Source: an uncultured Melioribacter sp.
Lineage (GTDB): Bacteria; Bacteroidota; Ignavibacteria; Ignavibacteriales; Melioribacteraceae
Direction of reading: 5' to 3'
Length of the DNA stretch: 64,000 bases
NCBI GenBank assembly: GCA_964441505.1
Contig: CAYTUV010000002.1
Span: forward strand, 9,546-73,545
In this document: positions 29,583 through 38,283 of the stretch, piece by piece
Position numbering within the stretch: position 1 is the stretch's first letter
How the letters are laid out: each line of letters opens with the position of its first letter
Notes under the pieces: generated by a model
Seen by the model: the letters and a program-made list of their open reading frames with translations, nothing else
Database searches by the model: none
What the model was told of the DNA's origin: nothing
Position numbers and translations under genes: made by a program

Positions 29583-30146
29583 CTAAGAGTTTTGTTGTGT
29601 GGAATATTCCAAAAGATAAATTAAACTATCACCCAATCTTTTGAAAGCTTCGAACCCAAACGCCTCTTCGTCTTCCTTCTTAGTTTGGATTGATCTCTCA
29701 ACCAGCATAATTCCATCATCTGCAAGAAATTTTTTCTCGAAAATATTCTTCACAACAATGTGAATATCATCTTTGAAGAATGGCGGATCGGCAAGGATCA
29801 AATCATAATTATCGTGATCGGTTATTTTTGAAAACTTTACTGCATCCATTCTAAATATTTTGCATTCTTCATCTGCTTGGAGAGATGAAATATTTTCTTG
29901 TAACATTTTCGATACGTGGAAATCTTTTTCCACAAAATGAACTTCTGCAGCTCCTCGACTTAAAGCTTCCAATCCCAGTGATCCTGATCCTGCATAGATA
30001 TCGCAAACTTTAATCCCATCAAAATCTATACTGTGAACCAGATAATTGAAGATCGACTCTTTTGTTTTGTCGGTTGTAGGACGCACCAGTTTAGAATTTG
30101 GGAATTTAATTACCCGACCTTTGAACTGCCCAGCGATAATTCTCAT
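29583..30146 (-). CDS. rsmD: 16S rRNA (guanine966-N2)-methyltransferase
   Basis: 'RIIAGQFKGR', 'DIYAGSGSLGLEALSRGA', 'ILADPPF'. Confidence 0.85.
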   Translation of the reverse strand: MRIIAGQFKGRVIKFPNSKLVRPTTDKTKESIFNYLVHSIDFDGIKVCDIYAGSGSLGLEALSRGAAEVHFVEKDFHVSKMLQENISSLQADEECKIFRMDAVKFSKITDHDNYDLILADPPFFKDDIHIVVKNIFEKKFLADDGIMLVERSIQTKKEDEEAFGFEAFKRLGDSLIYLLEYSTQQNS

Positions 30147-31060
30147 CAGACTATTCTAATTGCAATGCCGGTAGAGGCTGTGAACGAATTGAATTTAATT
30201 CTATATAACGGATTTTTTAAGATGCTCTCCTCTGTACGAAGCCGTTCAAAAGGATTCACTATTTTGAGCGAATGGCCAAAAAAGTTTTTCATTTTATTTT
30301 CAAATTCGTCTGTGAGATCCTGTCCATATAGTAAAACCCTGCTGAAGTTGTTGAGCGACAAATTGAAATCGTTTAATTTATTAACCGCGGAAGTAAGTTC
30401 ATCAAAGATATTCTGTGCAGACGGATCAAGAACCTTAAAATAGAATGGAAACAATCCATCCATCGCAGAGATCGAAGAGAATTTTTGATCGACATAGATA
30501 CTAAGTGAGGTTTCGCTCGTGGTCTGCTGCTTATCAAGATAGAGAAATGCATTTGATGCAAGGTGCGCATTATCAATATACTTTAGATCAAGAGTGTTTT
30601 GCCTGCAGAATTTACTAATTGCCGTCACCAGATTTTTAGCAACTGCAAAAATAATTGCCTTTTTTTCGCGACGCATGGCGCTCTTATCAATTTCGATATG
30701 CTGAATAAAAAAATTATCCTTATCACATTCCGGGTAGAGAATGGAAATTTCCCAGCGGAAATGATCATGTAAATCTTTTTTCACAAGGGAATCGTCATAC
30801 GGGACTTCAAAGATTTTGAAATAATTGTTAGGCAATGCAAAAGAAATGCCTTGTGAGTTGATCGGTTTTCTCTTTGCTATTTTATTAAATGACGCCTGTA
30901 GTATGCTGATTAATTTTTCTTCAGGGAAGCTTGTTGAAAGGTTTTCAGAATGGATGGTCTGATCGACATTTTCCAGATAGAAGGAATCATCCTTGAAACT
31001 AATTTCAACAAGTTGAAGCTTCGTTTCGGTTAAATTGATCCCGATGTGATTGTTAAACAC
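30146..31060 (-). CDS. PilM-like (actin-fold) protein, tentative
   Basis: 'IGINLTETKLQLVEI', 'FALPNNYFKIFEVPYDDSL...LHDHFRWEISILYP' and 'IDNAHLASNAF' follow the PilM layout. Confidence 0.4.
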   Translation of the reverse strand: MFNNHIGINLTETKLQLVEISFKDDSFYLENVDQTIHSENLSTSFPEEKLISILQASFNKIAKRKPINSQGISFALPNNYFKIFEVPYDDSLVKKDLHDHFRWEISILYPECDKDNFFIQHIEIDKSAMRREKKAIIFAVAKNLVTAISKFCRQNTLDLKYIDNAHLASNAFLYLDKQQTTSETSLSIYVDQKFSSISAMDGLFPFYFKVLDPSAQNIFDELTSAVNKLNDFNLSLNNFSRVLLYGQDLTDEFENKMKNFFGHSLKIVNPFERLRTEESILKNPLYRIKFNSFTASTGIAIRIV

Positions 31061-31089
31061 TATAACTCATATTTATTATTTTATTAATG

Positions 31090-31599
31090 TCATTCAAGAG
31101 TGATAAGACTTCTAATTTTTTCAAGTTTCTTTTTACCAATACCCTTTATGTTCATCAGTTCATTTAAAGACTTTATCCTGCCATGTTTCTGTCTATATTC
31201 TATAATAGCGGCAGCAGTTCTTTCTCCCAAACCGGGTAATTGAGATAATTCCAATTTATTCGCAACATTAATACTAACTGATTTCCGTACAGTGGAAATA
31301 TTTTTTGTCTCGCTATCCGGTAATTTCCCTTTTGTAAAATCCAAAAGTTCACGTTGAGAAGCAATGTTTTTCTCCTCCTTAATGACCGTTGAATCCGCGA
31401 TTCCCGGATCGCCCGATGCGGCATTGAAAAGACTATCTTCCTGCTTGTAATCGAATTCAAGGAATGTCGTTTCGTTTTTGGCGGTTTTAAAGAAATTTAC
31501 TGCAATTCCTATAAGGCATGCTAAAAGGATAAAGAGAATAATATTTGTTTCGGTGTTGGTAAAACCGATTTTTCTAGAAATTTTTTCTAAATATTTCAT
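31090..31599 (-). CDS. comEA: ComEA-family helix-hairpin-helix DNA-binding protein
   Basis: TM anchor plus C-terminal 'LSQLPGLGERTAAAIIEYRQKHGRIKSLNELMNIKGIGKKKLEKI'. Confidence 0.75.
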   Translation of the reverse strand: MKYLEKISRKIGFTNTETNIILFILLACLIGIAVNFFKTAKNETTFLEFDYKQEDSLFNAASGDPGIADSTVIKEEKNIASQRELLDFTKGKLPDSETKNISTVRKSVSINVANKLELSQLPGLGERTAAAIIEYRQKHGRIKSLNELMNIKGIGKKKLEKIRSLITLE

Positions 31600-31640
31600 A
31601 AGTCTTCAAAATAGATTAATTGACTTAATTAATGAACCCT

Positions 31641-31789
31641 CTGAAGAATGAGTATTGTCATTTCGACCGAAGGGAGAAATCTTTGAGTTTGGTAAGATTT
31701 CTCAATCGCGGAGTTTATCCTGAAAAATTGAAGGGCTCCATCTTCCGAAGGAATGCCTTTGGCAGAAATGACATTTCAGAATTTTTCAG
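31641..31789. repeat. Palindromic intergenic element, family B (GTCATTTCGACCGAAGGGAGAAATC type)
   Basis: Inverted arms TGTCATTTC (31657-31665) and GAAATGACA (31766-31774). Inner hairpin AGAAATCTT-N10-AAGATTTCT. CCGAAGG occurs at 31668-31674 and 31745-31751. Confidence 0.55.
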
Positions 31790-31838
31790 ATGCCTCTTAA
31801 TAAAAACAACTCAGAAAAAGAAAGAACTATGGCTTCAA

Positions 31839-32945
31839 CTAATAGGAAACTTTCATGTTCGGAAGTTTCTGCAATTCTTTCAACATTTCTTTTTCTTTTG
31901 CAGTAACATTCTTTGGAACATGTATGTTAATCTTGACCAGTTGATCGCCCGCGCCATGACTATTCAGATGCTGGATTCCCTTCTCGCGCATTTTCAAAAA
32001 CTTTCCCGGTTGAGTGCCTGCTTCAATTTTCAATTTCGCTCTTCCATTGAGTGTTGGTACTTCCACTTCGGTACCTAATACTGCCTCGGGATAACTAATG
32101 AATAATTCGTGAATAACGTTATCGCCGTCTCGGGTAAAAAATTGATGCGGGAGTTCTTCAAAAAGAACAATAATATCTCCGGCCGAACCGCCATTTTTCC
32201 CCGCATTGCCTTCGCCACGAAGTGTCATATAATTTCCGTCAAAAACTCCGGCGGGGACATTTATCTTAATTGTTGATTCATCCTGAATACGTCCGTCACC
32301 CGTACATATTGTGCATGGTTCGGAAATAATTTTTCCGGTACCGCCGCAATTGTTACAAGGGGCAATATTAACAAACTGTCCAAAAATGGATCTGGACACC
32401 TGGCGTATTTCTCCGGTTCCGCTGCAGACTGAACAAGTTTTAAACGCAGAAGAATTTTTAGCACCCGAGCCATTGCACGATGAACATTTATTGTATTTCT
32501 TTATCTTAACTTTTTTAGTAGTCCCCGTTGCAATTTCTTCAAGAGTAAGCTTCAAAGAAATTTTTAAATCAGAACCCGGTTGACCCGAGGAGCGTTGCTT
32601 CGATCTCTGTTGTTGAGAACCGCCGAAGAATTCATCAAAAATTGAAGACCCTCCGAAAATATCCGAAAAGTGACTGAAAATGTCGTTTACATTTGAGAAT
32701 CCGTGAAAATTTGGATCTCCTTTCAAACCACCGTGTCCAAACCGGTCATACTTAGCACGTTTCTCATCGCTGCTGAGTACTTCATATGCTTCTGCCGCTT
32801 CCTTAAAATTTTCTTCTGCCTGTTTATCACCGGGATTTCTATCCGGATGAAACTGCATAGCAAGTTTTCTATATGCTTTTTTAATCTCGTCTTGTGTAGC
32901 ATTTTTCCCGACGCCTAAAATTTCGTAGTAATCTCTCTTTGCCAT
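31839..32945 (-). CDS. dnaJ: Molecular chaperone DnaJ
   Basis: J domain 'DYYEILGV...HPDRN', G/F region, four CxxCxGxG zinc motifs. Confidence 0.95.
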   Translation of the reverse strand: MAKRDYYEILGVGKNATQDEIKKAYRKLAMQFHPDRNPGDKQAEENFKEAAEAYEVLSSDEKRAKYDRFGHGGLKGDPNFHGFSNVNDIFSHFSDIFGGSSIFDEFFGGSQQQRSKQRSSGQPGSDLKISLKLTLEEIATGTTKKVKIKKYNKCSSCNGSGAKNSSAFKTCSVCSGTGEIRQVSRSIFGQFVNIAPCNNCGGTGKIISEPCTICTGDGRIQDESTIKINVPAGVFDGNYMTLRGEGNAGKNGGSAGDIIVLFEELPHQFFTRDGDNVIHELFISYPEAVLGTEVEVPTLNGRAKLKIEAGTQPGKFLKMREKGIQHLNSHGAGDQLVKINIHVPKNVTAKEKEMLKELQKLPNMKVSY

Positions 32946-32957
32946 TAAAACTTTCCT

Positions 32958-33626
32958 TTATTCTTGCTCGGATGAATTTTCAATATTGTTTTTATCTTCA
33001 CTCTCAGGTTGATTTTGAGAATGATCCATTTCCTGACTGACAATTACTTTTGCGTGACGAATGACTCTGTCCTTATACATATAGCCCGGTTCCAGAACTT
33101 CAAGCACTGTGTGTGGTGGTATTCCCTCAGCCGGCTGCTGCATTAGTGCTTCATGAAAATGAACATCAAATGGTTTTCCCTTCGCCTCAATTTTTTTCAC
33201 GCCCTGATTATCGAGAATCTTTCCAAACTTCTCAAAGACAAGAGATAATCCTTTCTTTGTAGATTCAAAATTTGTTGCTTCATCAATGTGTGAAAGCGAA
33301 CGTTCGAGATCATCATAGATCGGTAGAATATTTCTTATGAAAGATTCAGCTGCATATTTAATAATATTAAACTGATCATTTTCGTTGCGGCGCTTAAAAT
33401 TTTCAAATTCGGCAGCCTTACGCAGAAGTGCGTCTTTCAATTCAGTATTTTGTTTCTCAACTTCTGCAATTTTTTCGAGAGCTTTTTTAAGTTCAGTTTC
33501 GTTCAAAACTGTTTCGCCTTGTAGAATTTCATTTTCTCCTGCTAAATTTTCTGCTCTTTCAATAGGAATTTTATTAGCGTCTATTTCTTTCGACTCATTT
33601 TGTTTATTCAATTTTTCAGCTTCCAT
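32958..33626 (-). CDS. grpE: Nucleotide exchange factor GrpE
   Basis: 'RKAAEFENFKRR', 'GKPFDVHFHEA', 'GYMYKDRVIRHAKV'. Confidence 0.9.
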   Translation of the reverse strand: MEAEKLNKQNESKEIDANKIPIERAENLAGENEILQGETVLNETELKKALEKIAEVEKQNTELKDALLRKAAEFENFKRRNENDQFNIIKYAAESFIRNILPIYDDLERSLSHIDEATNFESTKKGLSLVFEKFGKILDNQGVKKIEAKGKPFDVHFHEALMQQPAEGIPPHTVLEVLEPGYMYKDRVIRHAKVIVSQEMDHSQNQPESEDKNNIENSSEQE

Positions 33627-33640
33627 TGTTTGTTAGTAAT

Positions 33641-34687
33641 TCATCTTGATTTTGTTAATTCTTGTGTAAGTTGCTCAGCTATGTAAACTACTGCGGCAAC
33701 AATTCTTGAGTAGTCCATTCTTTTAGGCCCCATAATACCAAGGGTTCCGTGCATATCGCCTATTTTATATTCTTTTGAAATCATGCTGTAATCCGAAAAT
33801 TTTTCCTCTTTAATTTCCTGACCAATAGTAATTGTTACTTCACCTTCTGGTGGTTGTTTCTTCTCATCAAAAATGTGAATAATGATATCCTGATTCTCGA
33901 CAAGTTCAATTACGCTTTGAAGATGATTAACATTTTCGAATTCAGGTTGTTTTAAAATATTTTTCGTTCCGGAGATGATTGCTTTTTCACTGCTTAAGTC
34001 GTTAAAAATTTTATCCACCGATTCTAGAAACACACGGATGATAGGGCGATAAGTTTCCGAATCGAAATCTTTTACTCTATCTTCAAATGAATTTCTGATT
34101 TCGGAAAATTTTAATCCCGATAAGCGTTCATTTAAAAATTGTTGAACTGATGAAATCTGTTCTTCATTAACCTCGGCGTCAATCTCCAGAGTAATTGTTT
34201 TTATCATTCCGGAATTAACACTTACAACAACTAAAATTCTTGTTGAAGAGAGTTGAACAATTTGAATTTTTTGGAGTACTGCCTGCTCAAACTTAGGATA
34301 AGTAACCATAGCAAGTTGATTAGTCAAATCGCTTAAAATGTTTGATGTAACTCTCAGAAGTTCTTCGGTTCCGGTAGGTGCAGAACTCAAATTGCCATCA
34401 ATTAAATTTTTTGCCGTTTGATCGAGCATTGGTGGATCCATCAGAGAATCAACATAAAACCTATAACCTTTATCGGTTGGTACTCTTCCGGCTGATGTAT
34501 GCGGATGATTCAAAAATCCTGACTCTTCGAGATCAGACATAATATTCCTGATGGATGCCGGTGACAAACCGATATCGTATCTCTTCGAAATATTTCGCGA
34601 GCCAACCGGATTTGCGGTAAGGATAAATTGATGGATCACAAACCGCAGAATCGCTTTTTCTCTGTCTTTTAATTGATATTCAGTCAT
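33641..34687 (-). CDS. hrcA: Heat-inducible transcription repressor HrcA
   Basis: 'REKAILRFVIHQFILTANPVGSRNIS', 'SPASIRNIMSDLEESGFL.HPHTSAGRVPTDKGYRFYVD'. Operon with grpE-dnaJ. Confidence 0.9.
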   Translation of the reverse strand: MTEYQLKDREKAILRFVIHQFILTANPVGSRNISKRYDIGLSPASIRNIMSDLEESGFLNHPHTSAGRVPTDKGYRFYVDSLMDPPMLDQTAKNLIDGNLSSAPTGTEELLRVTSNILSDLTNQLAMVTYPKFEQAVLQKIQIVQLSSTRILVVVSVNSGMIKTITLEIDAEVNEEQISSVQQFLNERLSGLKFSEIRNSFEDRVKDFDSETYRPIIRVFLESVDKIFNDLSSEKAIISGTKNILKQPEFENVNHLQSVIELVENQDIIIHIFDEKKQPPEGEVTITIGQEIKEEKFSDYSMISKEYKIGDMHGTLGIMGPKRMDYSRIVAAVVYIAEQLTQELTKSR

Positions 34688-34861
34688 TGCAAATCAAAGA
34701 TACTCAATTTTAGCGGGTTGAAAGTTATTAAAAATTGAGAAAAGTTGCTGAGGTGTTTGAGAAAGGTGAATTGTGAGAGGCCAGAAGCGCCTCTAATTTC
34801 CTTCTTAATTTTAAATCAAATAAATTTCTTTTTAGCAATATTGTTTTTACTTTTGCATTAA

Positions 34862-35095
34862 ATGAAAGAGGAAATGAACATGTCGTTTACTGCAATAATT
34901 CAAAAGGTTACCGAAGGATATATTGGCTTTGTTGAAGAACTTCCCGGTGCGAATACACAAGCAGAAACATTAGAAGAAGTTAGGGAAAATCTAAAGGAAG
35001 CTATTCAACTTGTGCTGGAATCCAATAAATTTTTCTTGAACGAATTGCTATCTGATAAAAATGTGATTAGAGAACCAATTAATCTTTCTGCATAA
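34862..35095 (+). CDS. hicB: HicB-family antitoxin (short form)
   Basis: 'FTAIIQKVTEGYIGFVEELPGANTQAETLEEVRENLKEAIQLVLE'. Its stop overlaps the hicA start (TAATG). Confidence 0.65.
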   Translation: MKEEMNMSFTAIIQKVTEGYIGFVEELPGANTQAETLEEVRENLKEAIQLVLESNKFFLNELLSDKNVIREPINLSA

Positions 35096-35280
35096 TGAAA
35101 AAGAAAGATCTTATCGCTCATCTAGAAAAGTATGGATGTAGATTTTTAAGAGAAGGCGGGAAACACACTGTTTTTATAAATCCCAAAGCCCACAAAGCAT
35201 CAACCATTCCTCGGCATAATGAAATAAATGATTTGCTTGCTAAGAAAATATGTAAAGATTTAGAAGTGCCTTTCAATTAA
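35095..35280 (+). CDS. hicA: HicA-family mRNA interferase toxin
   Basis: 'KKKDLIAHLEKYGCRFLREGGKHTVFINP...STIPRHNEINDLLAKKICKDL'. Confidence 0.85.
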   Translation: MKKKDLIAHLEKYGCRFLREGGKHTVFINPKAHKASTIPRHNEINDLLAKKICKDLEVPFN

Positions 35281-35438
35281 AGATTATTTGCTGAGTAAAT
35301 TTATAAGCATGCCTTGTAGAGCGAATCGCCGATTTGCTCTTACATTATTGAGCTAAAACTAATTTTTTTGTTTGGGCGACGTTGAGTAACATAACTGGAC
35401 CTATATACATTGTAAGATGCCCAACACAACTTAATAGC

Positions 35439-36335
35439 TTAACTATCTTTTTTCACATGTAGAAAAAGGTTTATGCCTTCTTCCTCACTGTCTATATAAC
35501 AATCGAAATTGCTATCGGATACTTGATGTGATAATGTTAAGAGTTTCACCTTATCTCTATATTGCAAAAACCAGTAACCACATTCCATATAATAACGCGT
35601 AGGATTTTGAGGTGAAAAATTACCAATAATAATTTCAGAGTCTTTTTTCGTAAGTGAAAGTAACTTTTTCAAAAGGAAATTAAATACCCTGTCATCTAAA
35701 TAGTCAAATAAACCAGCAGACCATATAATATCATATTTTTTATTTACATTGAATCGCAAAACATTCTTATGTATGAAATTGATTTGTGATAAATAATTCT
35801 TGCAAAGGTCCTTCGAAAATTTTATTGCATTCTCATCCATGTCAATACAATAAAATGTAATCTTCTTCTCACCAATTTCATTTAGTAATTCGTAAATATC
35901 TCTTGATGATCCACAACCAATATCTAATATTTCTATATTTCTATTGTTAGGTAAAATTGATAGTTTTTGTTTGATCAGTGTTTTAAAATAGTCTTTTCTT
36001 GCTCTAACTGCGTGTGGAGCTTTTTGTGATTGATAAAATAAATCCCATTTTTTAGATATTTCATCTGAGGCAGTCCAGCGAGTATAAATTTTATCAATTA
36101 TTTCATAATCCCCAGCGTAACCATATGGCTTTCTTATAACATGAGACTGTAGTGTATTTGAGTTAAAGGCCTCGCCAAATTGACGCCAATATGTAATCAG
36201 CTGTTCATTACTGAAATTAAATTCTTTAATTATTTTACCGATTTCGTTGAATGATTCTAAAACATAGTCATATACATCAATTGTTGGTCCACCTCTATTG
36301 ACAATGTCTAAAATAAATTGCTCATGCTTATTCAC
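35439..36335 (-). CDS. Class I SAM-dependent methyltransferase with ~120-aa N-terminal helical domain
   Basis: Motif I 'ILDIGCGSSRD', 'CIDMD', 'IIWSAGLFDYL'. N-terminal 'KPYGYAGDYEIIDKIY'. Confidence 0.7.
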   Translation of the reverse strand: MNKHEQFILDIVNRGGPTIDVYDYVLESFNEIGKIIKEFNFSNEQLITYWRQFGEAFNSNTLQSHVIRKPYGYAGDYEIIDKIYTRWTASDEISKKWDLFYQSQKAPHAVRARKDYFKTLIKQKLSILPNNRNIEILDIGCGSSRDIYELLNEIGEKKITFYCIDMDENAIKFSKDLCKNYLSQINFIHKNVLRFNVNKKYDIIWSAGLFDYLDDRVFNFLLKKLLSLTKKDSEIIIGNFSPQNPTRYYMECGYWFLQYRDKVKLLTLSHQVSDSNFDCYIDSEEEGINLFLHVKKDS

Positions 36336-36441
36336 TTTACCACCACATTATTACTGTTTTATATCACATCCCGCGCTTCTTCTTTCTAATTGTTTGTCTG
36401 AATATCCCACCACAAGCATCGGGAAAAACTTTCGATTATTA

Positions 36442-36960
36442 TTATAATGGGCTTGAAAGTCCCACCATAAATGTTATGTAGCTTGCCTTATCCATTAGGT
36501 ATATTGAAAGACCAACATCCAAATCAAGTTTCTCACTAATTCCATATAAGAATCCACCGCCAATAGAAGCACCGTAATACGTCTTACTATCAAAGCTCCA
36601 TCTACTAAAACCAATTTTAGTATACTGGAAACCTGCTAAACCAGATAAATAAGGTTTTATTAACTGGTCAAATTTCCCAACGGGATAAAATCTACATCCG
36701 ATGAGACCAGGTAACACCTTATTTGTAAATTGCAAAATTTTGCTTCCAGAAAGCAAATAACCAAAAACTCCTATAATTTCAACTTCTTCAGATAGTAAAT
36801 ATCTTAAATTGGCAGTACCCCCAATTCCAGTTCGAGTAACTTCACCAAAATCACCTATAGGAACCATCAGACCGATGTTACCTGATAGGACCATTGTTCT
36901 TTTTTGAGCTTCTATTTGAACACAAAAAAACAAAATCAAGAGCATTAATATCTTTTTCAC
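36442..36960 (-). CDS. Small (8-strand-like) outer-membrane beta-barrel protein, GTG start
   Basis: AGGAGG lies 5 nt upstream of the GTG. Signal peptide 'LMLLILFFCVQIEAQ'. Gly/aromatic-rich alternating strands. Confidence 0.5.
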   Translation of the reverse strand: MKKILMLLILFFCVQIEAQKRTMVLSGNIGLMVPIGDFGEVTRTGIGGTANLRYLLSEEVEIIGVFGYLLSGSKILQFTNKVLPGLIGCRFYPVGKFDQLIKPYLSGLAGFQYTKIGFSRWSFDSKTYYGASIGGGFLYGISEKLDLDVGLSIYLMDKASYITFMVGLSSPL

Positions 36961-36991
36961 AATTCCTCCTAAAATATTTTTAACAGAATTT

Positions 36992-37336
36992 TTATTTGCA
37001 TTTAACTAAATGAAAAATTGATGGTGTTTTACTGAAAACACCTAATTCGATGTCTGTAATATCTCCTGCCTTGACTATCCCCTCTGCATATTTTTTGCCT
37101 ACAGACATGAATGAAATAGTAACAACTCGAGATGTAGTGGTATTATTCCTTACACGGATAAAATATTTGTTTACTCCATAAGCTCCTGTTTGGTATAGAT
37201 CCATTATTTCTATTCCCGAACAATTATTATCATCACTCACTTGTTGTGAGAATGGAGCCCAAGTTACTCCGGAACAACTATAAATTCCCGTAACGATCAT
37301 AATAATTAAAATGATTTGAAATAACTTTGATCTCAT
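36992..37336 (-). CDS. Small lipoprotein of unknown function
   Basis: AAGGAGG lies 5 nt upstream of the ATG. Lipobox 'TGIYSC'. 114 aa. Confidence 0.5.
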   Translation of the reverse strand: MRSKLFQIILIIMIVTGIYSCSGVTWAPFSQQVSDDNNCSGIEIMDLYQTGAYGVNKYFIRVRNNTTTSRVVTISFMSVGKKYAEGIVKAGDITDIELGVFSKTPSIFHLVKCK

Positions 37337-37415
37337 TTTGGCCTCCTTAAAAAATAATTGAAATTTCCACTACACTCGTTAGAAAGGATTTAATTTTTCT
37401 AACATATTTCTGATT

Positions 37416-37600
37416 AAAATAAAAAAAGGACGCAACTTTCATTACATCCTTAACCGAGGCACTGCCATGCCCAACTCAAAGACATAAGAAAGCGCGTCCA
37501 TTTCTGGACGCAACTCTCTTGCTGTTCTTGAGTTTTGAAAAGTGGCAGTTTTCGGTTAAGAACACGCAATAGCTGCGTTAAAAAATTTGCCTCCTAAATC
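37416..37600 (-). ncRNA. Candidate structured RNA (rod-like ~112-nt hairpin plus terminator): sRNA or 5' leader
   Basis: Nested pairings: 37449-57/37552-60 (9 bp), 37462-67/37543-48 (6 bp), 37473-79/37528-34 (7 bp), 37494-99/37506-11 (6 bp). The 10-nt direct repeat GGACGCAACT sits at 37428 and 37506. Confidence 0.3.
37420..37451 (-). terminator. Intrinsic terminator-like hairpin inside the relE/lipoprotein intergenic region
   Basis: On the minus strand, AAGGAUG-N12-CGUCCUU (7 bp, one G.U) is followed by UUUUUAUUUU. Confidence 0.45.
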
Positions 37601-37649
37601 CTCCAAAGGAGGACTGGGGAAAATACTTAATCAATCTCCTATCTAAATT

Positions 37650-37901
37650 CTATTTATACACTTTTCTTCTGTGTCCAATCTTAAGAATAAATGCACAACC
37701 TTTTTCAACATCGAATAAAACACGGTAATCTCCGATTCGTAAACGCCATTGACCGAAGCGGGTATCTTTCATTTTTTCTGCGTGTGAGAGAAAATTTTTC
37801 TGTGAAAAATAAAATTCAGTCTTGTCAACTATTCTTTTTTGGATTGCCTTCTCAAGTTTTTCCAAACTCCGCAGGGCACTTTTAGAAAACACAACGTTCA
37901 T
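37650..37901 (-). CDS. relE: Type II toxin, RelE/ParE (StbE-like) family
   Basis: 'KSALRSLEKL...IQKRI', 'FGQWRLRIGDYRVLFDVEKG.AFILKIGHRRKVY'. Confidence 0.8.
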   Translation of the reverse strand: MNVVFSKSALRSLEKLEKAIQKRIVDKTEFYFSQKNFLSHAEKMKDTRFGQWRLRIGDYRVLFDVEKGCAFILKIGHRRKVYK

Positions 37902-37913
37902 TAAATGACCGTT

Positions 37914-38135
37914 TTATTTATCCAACAATAACTTTCTTTTTATTTCTTCGATTGAATAAACTTCCCCTTTTTTGATTTCTTGACGTGCTTTAGTAATCTC
38001 ACTAGAAAGTTTTTTTGAACTAAGTATTTCTAGTTCCTCTTTCAAATTTTCGTAATCTTCAAGAGGTAAAATAACAACCGCAGTTTTTCCTATTTCATCA
38101 ATAGCGGCTTTATTTTTTATTTTTTGGGAAATCAT
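37914..38135 (-). CDS. Cognate antitoxin (Phd/YefM-like, short)
   Basis: Lies 12 nt upstream of the toxin. 'AVVILPLEDYENLKEELEILSS'. Confidence 0.6.
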   Translation of the reverse strand: MISQKIKNKAAIDEIGKTAVVILPLEDYENLKEELEILSSKKLSSEITKARQEIKKGEVYSIEEIKRKLLLDK

Positions 38136-38283
38136 ATTTTTTCTATTAATAATTATTCACTAGCCAATTTTCCGGGTATATTCCTTTTAAGTGTGAGTAA
38201 ACTAATTCATTTCTTTCAAAAAGCCAAGTATTAAAACCATCCGGTTTATAGTTATATTTAGAGAGAAATTTTTTGAGGAAATC

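Noticed and set aside
31632-32078. 148-aa ORF on the plus strand
   Set aside because: Its first half is a translation of the family B palindromic element and its second half is antisense to dnaJ. It has no Shine-Dalgarno site and no recognisable domain.
34688-34861. Expected CIRCE operator (TTAGCACTC-N9-GAGTGCTAA) upstream of hrcA
   Set aside because: Only degenerate pieces are present: TTAGCAATA...TTTTGCATTAA at ~34832, and a CTCAATTTT-N19-AAAATTGAG inverted repeat at 34703-34739. Neither matches CIRCE well enough to call.
35316-35343. Hairpin GTAGAGCGAATCGCCGATTTGCTCTTAC after hicA as a rho-independent terminator
   Set aside because: The stem has a bulge and a wobble pair and no U-tract follows. 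It looks more like another short palindromic element. It may still pause or stabilise RNA, but I cannot call it a terminator.
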